Positions 62,166-63,892 of a stretch of 63,892 bases of DNA are shown here, piece after piece. Origin of the DNA: Lama glama. Taxonomy: Eukaryota. The stretch is taken from positions 74,650,109-74,714,000 of the forward strand of contig CM052817.1 in assembly GCA_028534125.1 (NCBI GenBank), written 5' to 3'. The position numbers and the translations under genes are program-made. Under the pieces are notes generated by a model. The model had not been told where the DNA came from and did no database searches. It saw only the letters and a list, made by a program, of their open reading frames with translations. The stretch's first letter is position 1, and every line of letters starts with the position of its first letter.

Positions 62166-63804
62166 GCCAGTTAACTCAGTGAAAACAATGGCTGGTATGT
62201 TTCCATTCTTAATGGTAACTTTCGTTATTTCCAGTGGTATTTTTTGTTATCGTTTGTTTAATAAGTCATGGTTAACTCTCCTAGCAGTGGTCAAAGACCA
62301 CATTTGATGACTCGTGATGAAAATGTTCATAATTATCCTACCTAATGGGTCTTGCAGAATGAATATTTCAATTCTGTGCAGCCCACCTGAGCCCTTTCAA
62401 ATGGGAAGAGAGATCTATTGATGTTGATGTTGGGAATAAAAAAAGAGGTAACCCCCCCCCCCACCAATCATCTCTGTGTAGGATTCTCTCACAGCCCAGG
62501 CATCCTTTGCCTCGAATGGTTGGGGCTGACAAAGGATGCAGTGTTATTGGTTTCTCAGCCGCACTGGCCCCCTCTCAAGGCTTCTATTTTATGGGGAGAG
62601 AAAGGAGTAGGTTTGGGTCATAGGCTGCCGTCAGGACAGATCTGGTGCTAACCTCTGCGGCCCGGTCTGTCCCCAGGCCCCGGAGCTGTTAAACATTTCC
62701 CTCGGGGTCAGTCCAGATTCTGATGTCCTCAAAATGAAGCCTAGACAGGGTAGGGGTGGGCCTGCACCACCCAGCTCTTAATTAGATATTCTTTCATTGG
62801 TTCTAGAGTGATTACCTTTTAAAAGTCTGCTTTTGCATTTCTGAAATTGGGATGTGTTTTACATTGGCTACGATTAACAAGGTGTTTCTGTTTGTTTTGG
62901 GTAGGAAGCTAAGTGTATCAAAAAGGAGTCACCCAAGTCACCCAATGATTATCTTTTCTGAAAGTCTCAAGATCCTGCTTTCCACTCTCCTTCTTTGAAT
63001 ATTTTCCCACTATCTTCTGTTTTCTCGACATTCATCATGTCAAAACATTACCTAAAGTTATTGAACGTTTTATACCCTGGGAGTGTTTGTTCCCCCAATC
63101 TAACGCTGGTACCCATCTTGGCTTCTGTTCCATCCCCATCTCCTGTCTCACAGAGTAGGGTGACTTCACCCTGCTCATCTTGAACGGTGCTACCTGGAGG
63201 GAAGTGGGGAGGGGGTTAGAAAAGATACTTTCCGTGGTGCTTTATTCTTCCCACAACCAAGCCAAGGTATTTGGTGTATAATTACTCTAGCAAAAGAAAT
63301 TCAGCAGTACAAGAAAACATATCATGTGTATGGGTCATGATAAAAAAAAAAAGGAAATATGTTAATATGTAGCATTTGATTATGATAAATATATTATCCA
63401 TATTTCTTGATTATGCTAACTTTTTCCACAAAGGGCTTAAGACACTTTACTTACTTAAGTCTACAAGAAGATAAAATGATTATTCTTATTGTGAGGTTGT
63501 CTTTTGAGAAGCTACCTAGCAAAGTGTAGGTAAGTGTCTAAATTGGTTACTTTAATTGCACAGAAATGGAATTACTCATGGTCATATAGTGAGAGAAGTA
63601 CCTGACTGTTGCTTCTTTCCTGCCTCATGTTTGATCCACTATGTGATGATTTTGCTGTTATTTACATTTTGGAAATGACAGAGTCCTTCCCCTAGACAAT
63701 GAGCAGGAAAAACCCTAGATACAAGCTCTGGATTGGGGCCTGTGGCGATGTTTGAGTCTGGGAAGCTCTCTGCAGAGCCCAGACCTCCACGCTCTGCTCC
63801 TGCT

Positions 63805-63818
63805 GCGCCACCTAGTGG
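63805..63818 (-). promoter_or_regulatory. Consensus CTCF core motif
   Basis: GCGCCACCTAGTGG, reverse complement CCACTAGGTGGCGC, matches the CCASYAGRKGGCRS core at every position, in a local GC-rich patch. Confidence 0.7.
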
Positions 63819-63892
63819 AGCTTTGTGTGCAGCGCTGGCCAATTAGGTATAAAATGCTGACTGCATTTCTGAGCTCATGGGGTACGTGAAGT

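Noticed and set aside
8300..63892. UGT1A-style array of alternative first coding exons
   Set aside because: Only one UGT-like exon was recognised; no paralogous exon copies in the ORF track or sequence.

Overview
Mammalian genomic DNA, most likely a camelid (two tRNA-Ala-derived vic-1-type SINEs; no Alu, B1, Bov-A/Bov-tA, PRE or Can-SINE recognised). The window holds the 5' half of UGT8 (UDP-galactose:ceramide galactosyltransferase, CGT) on the + strand: a CpG-island promoter (~6290-8250), a non-coding first exon with two strong donors (after 7404 and 7486), a ~24 kb first intron, and the large first coding exon (exon 31476-32299, CDS 31478-32299, 274 codons, phase-0 donor). A long second intron follows and runs off the window; it contains a 500-N assembly gap. 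The rest is intergenic/intronic sequence with old repeats (L1, L2, MIR, MLT1, MER5, MER3, MER8, MER44, MER96). Apart from the UGT8 exon and decayed L1 ORF2 pieces, the listed ORFs look spurious. I see no convincing new biological system. The most interesting items are an exact 85-bp non-tandem copy with a templated-insertion-like junction, a candidate 29-nt 5'UTR micro-exon that would create a uORF overlapping the UGT8 start, three His-to-Arg changes in a CpG-rich part of the coding exon, a MYRF-like/E-box/GC-box composite in the promoter, and a consensus CTCF site in intron 2. Repeat subfamily names and boundaries come from recalled consensus sequences and are approximate.
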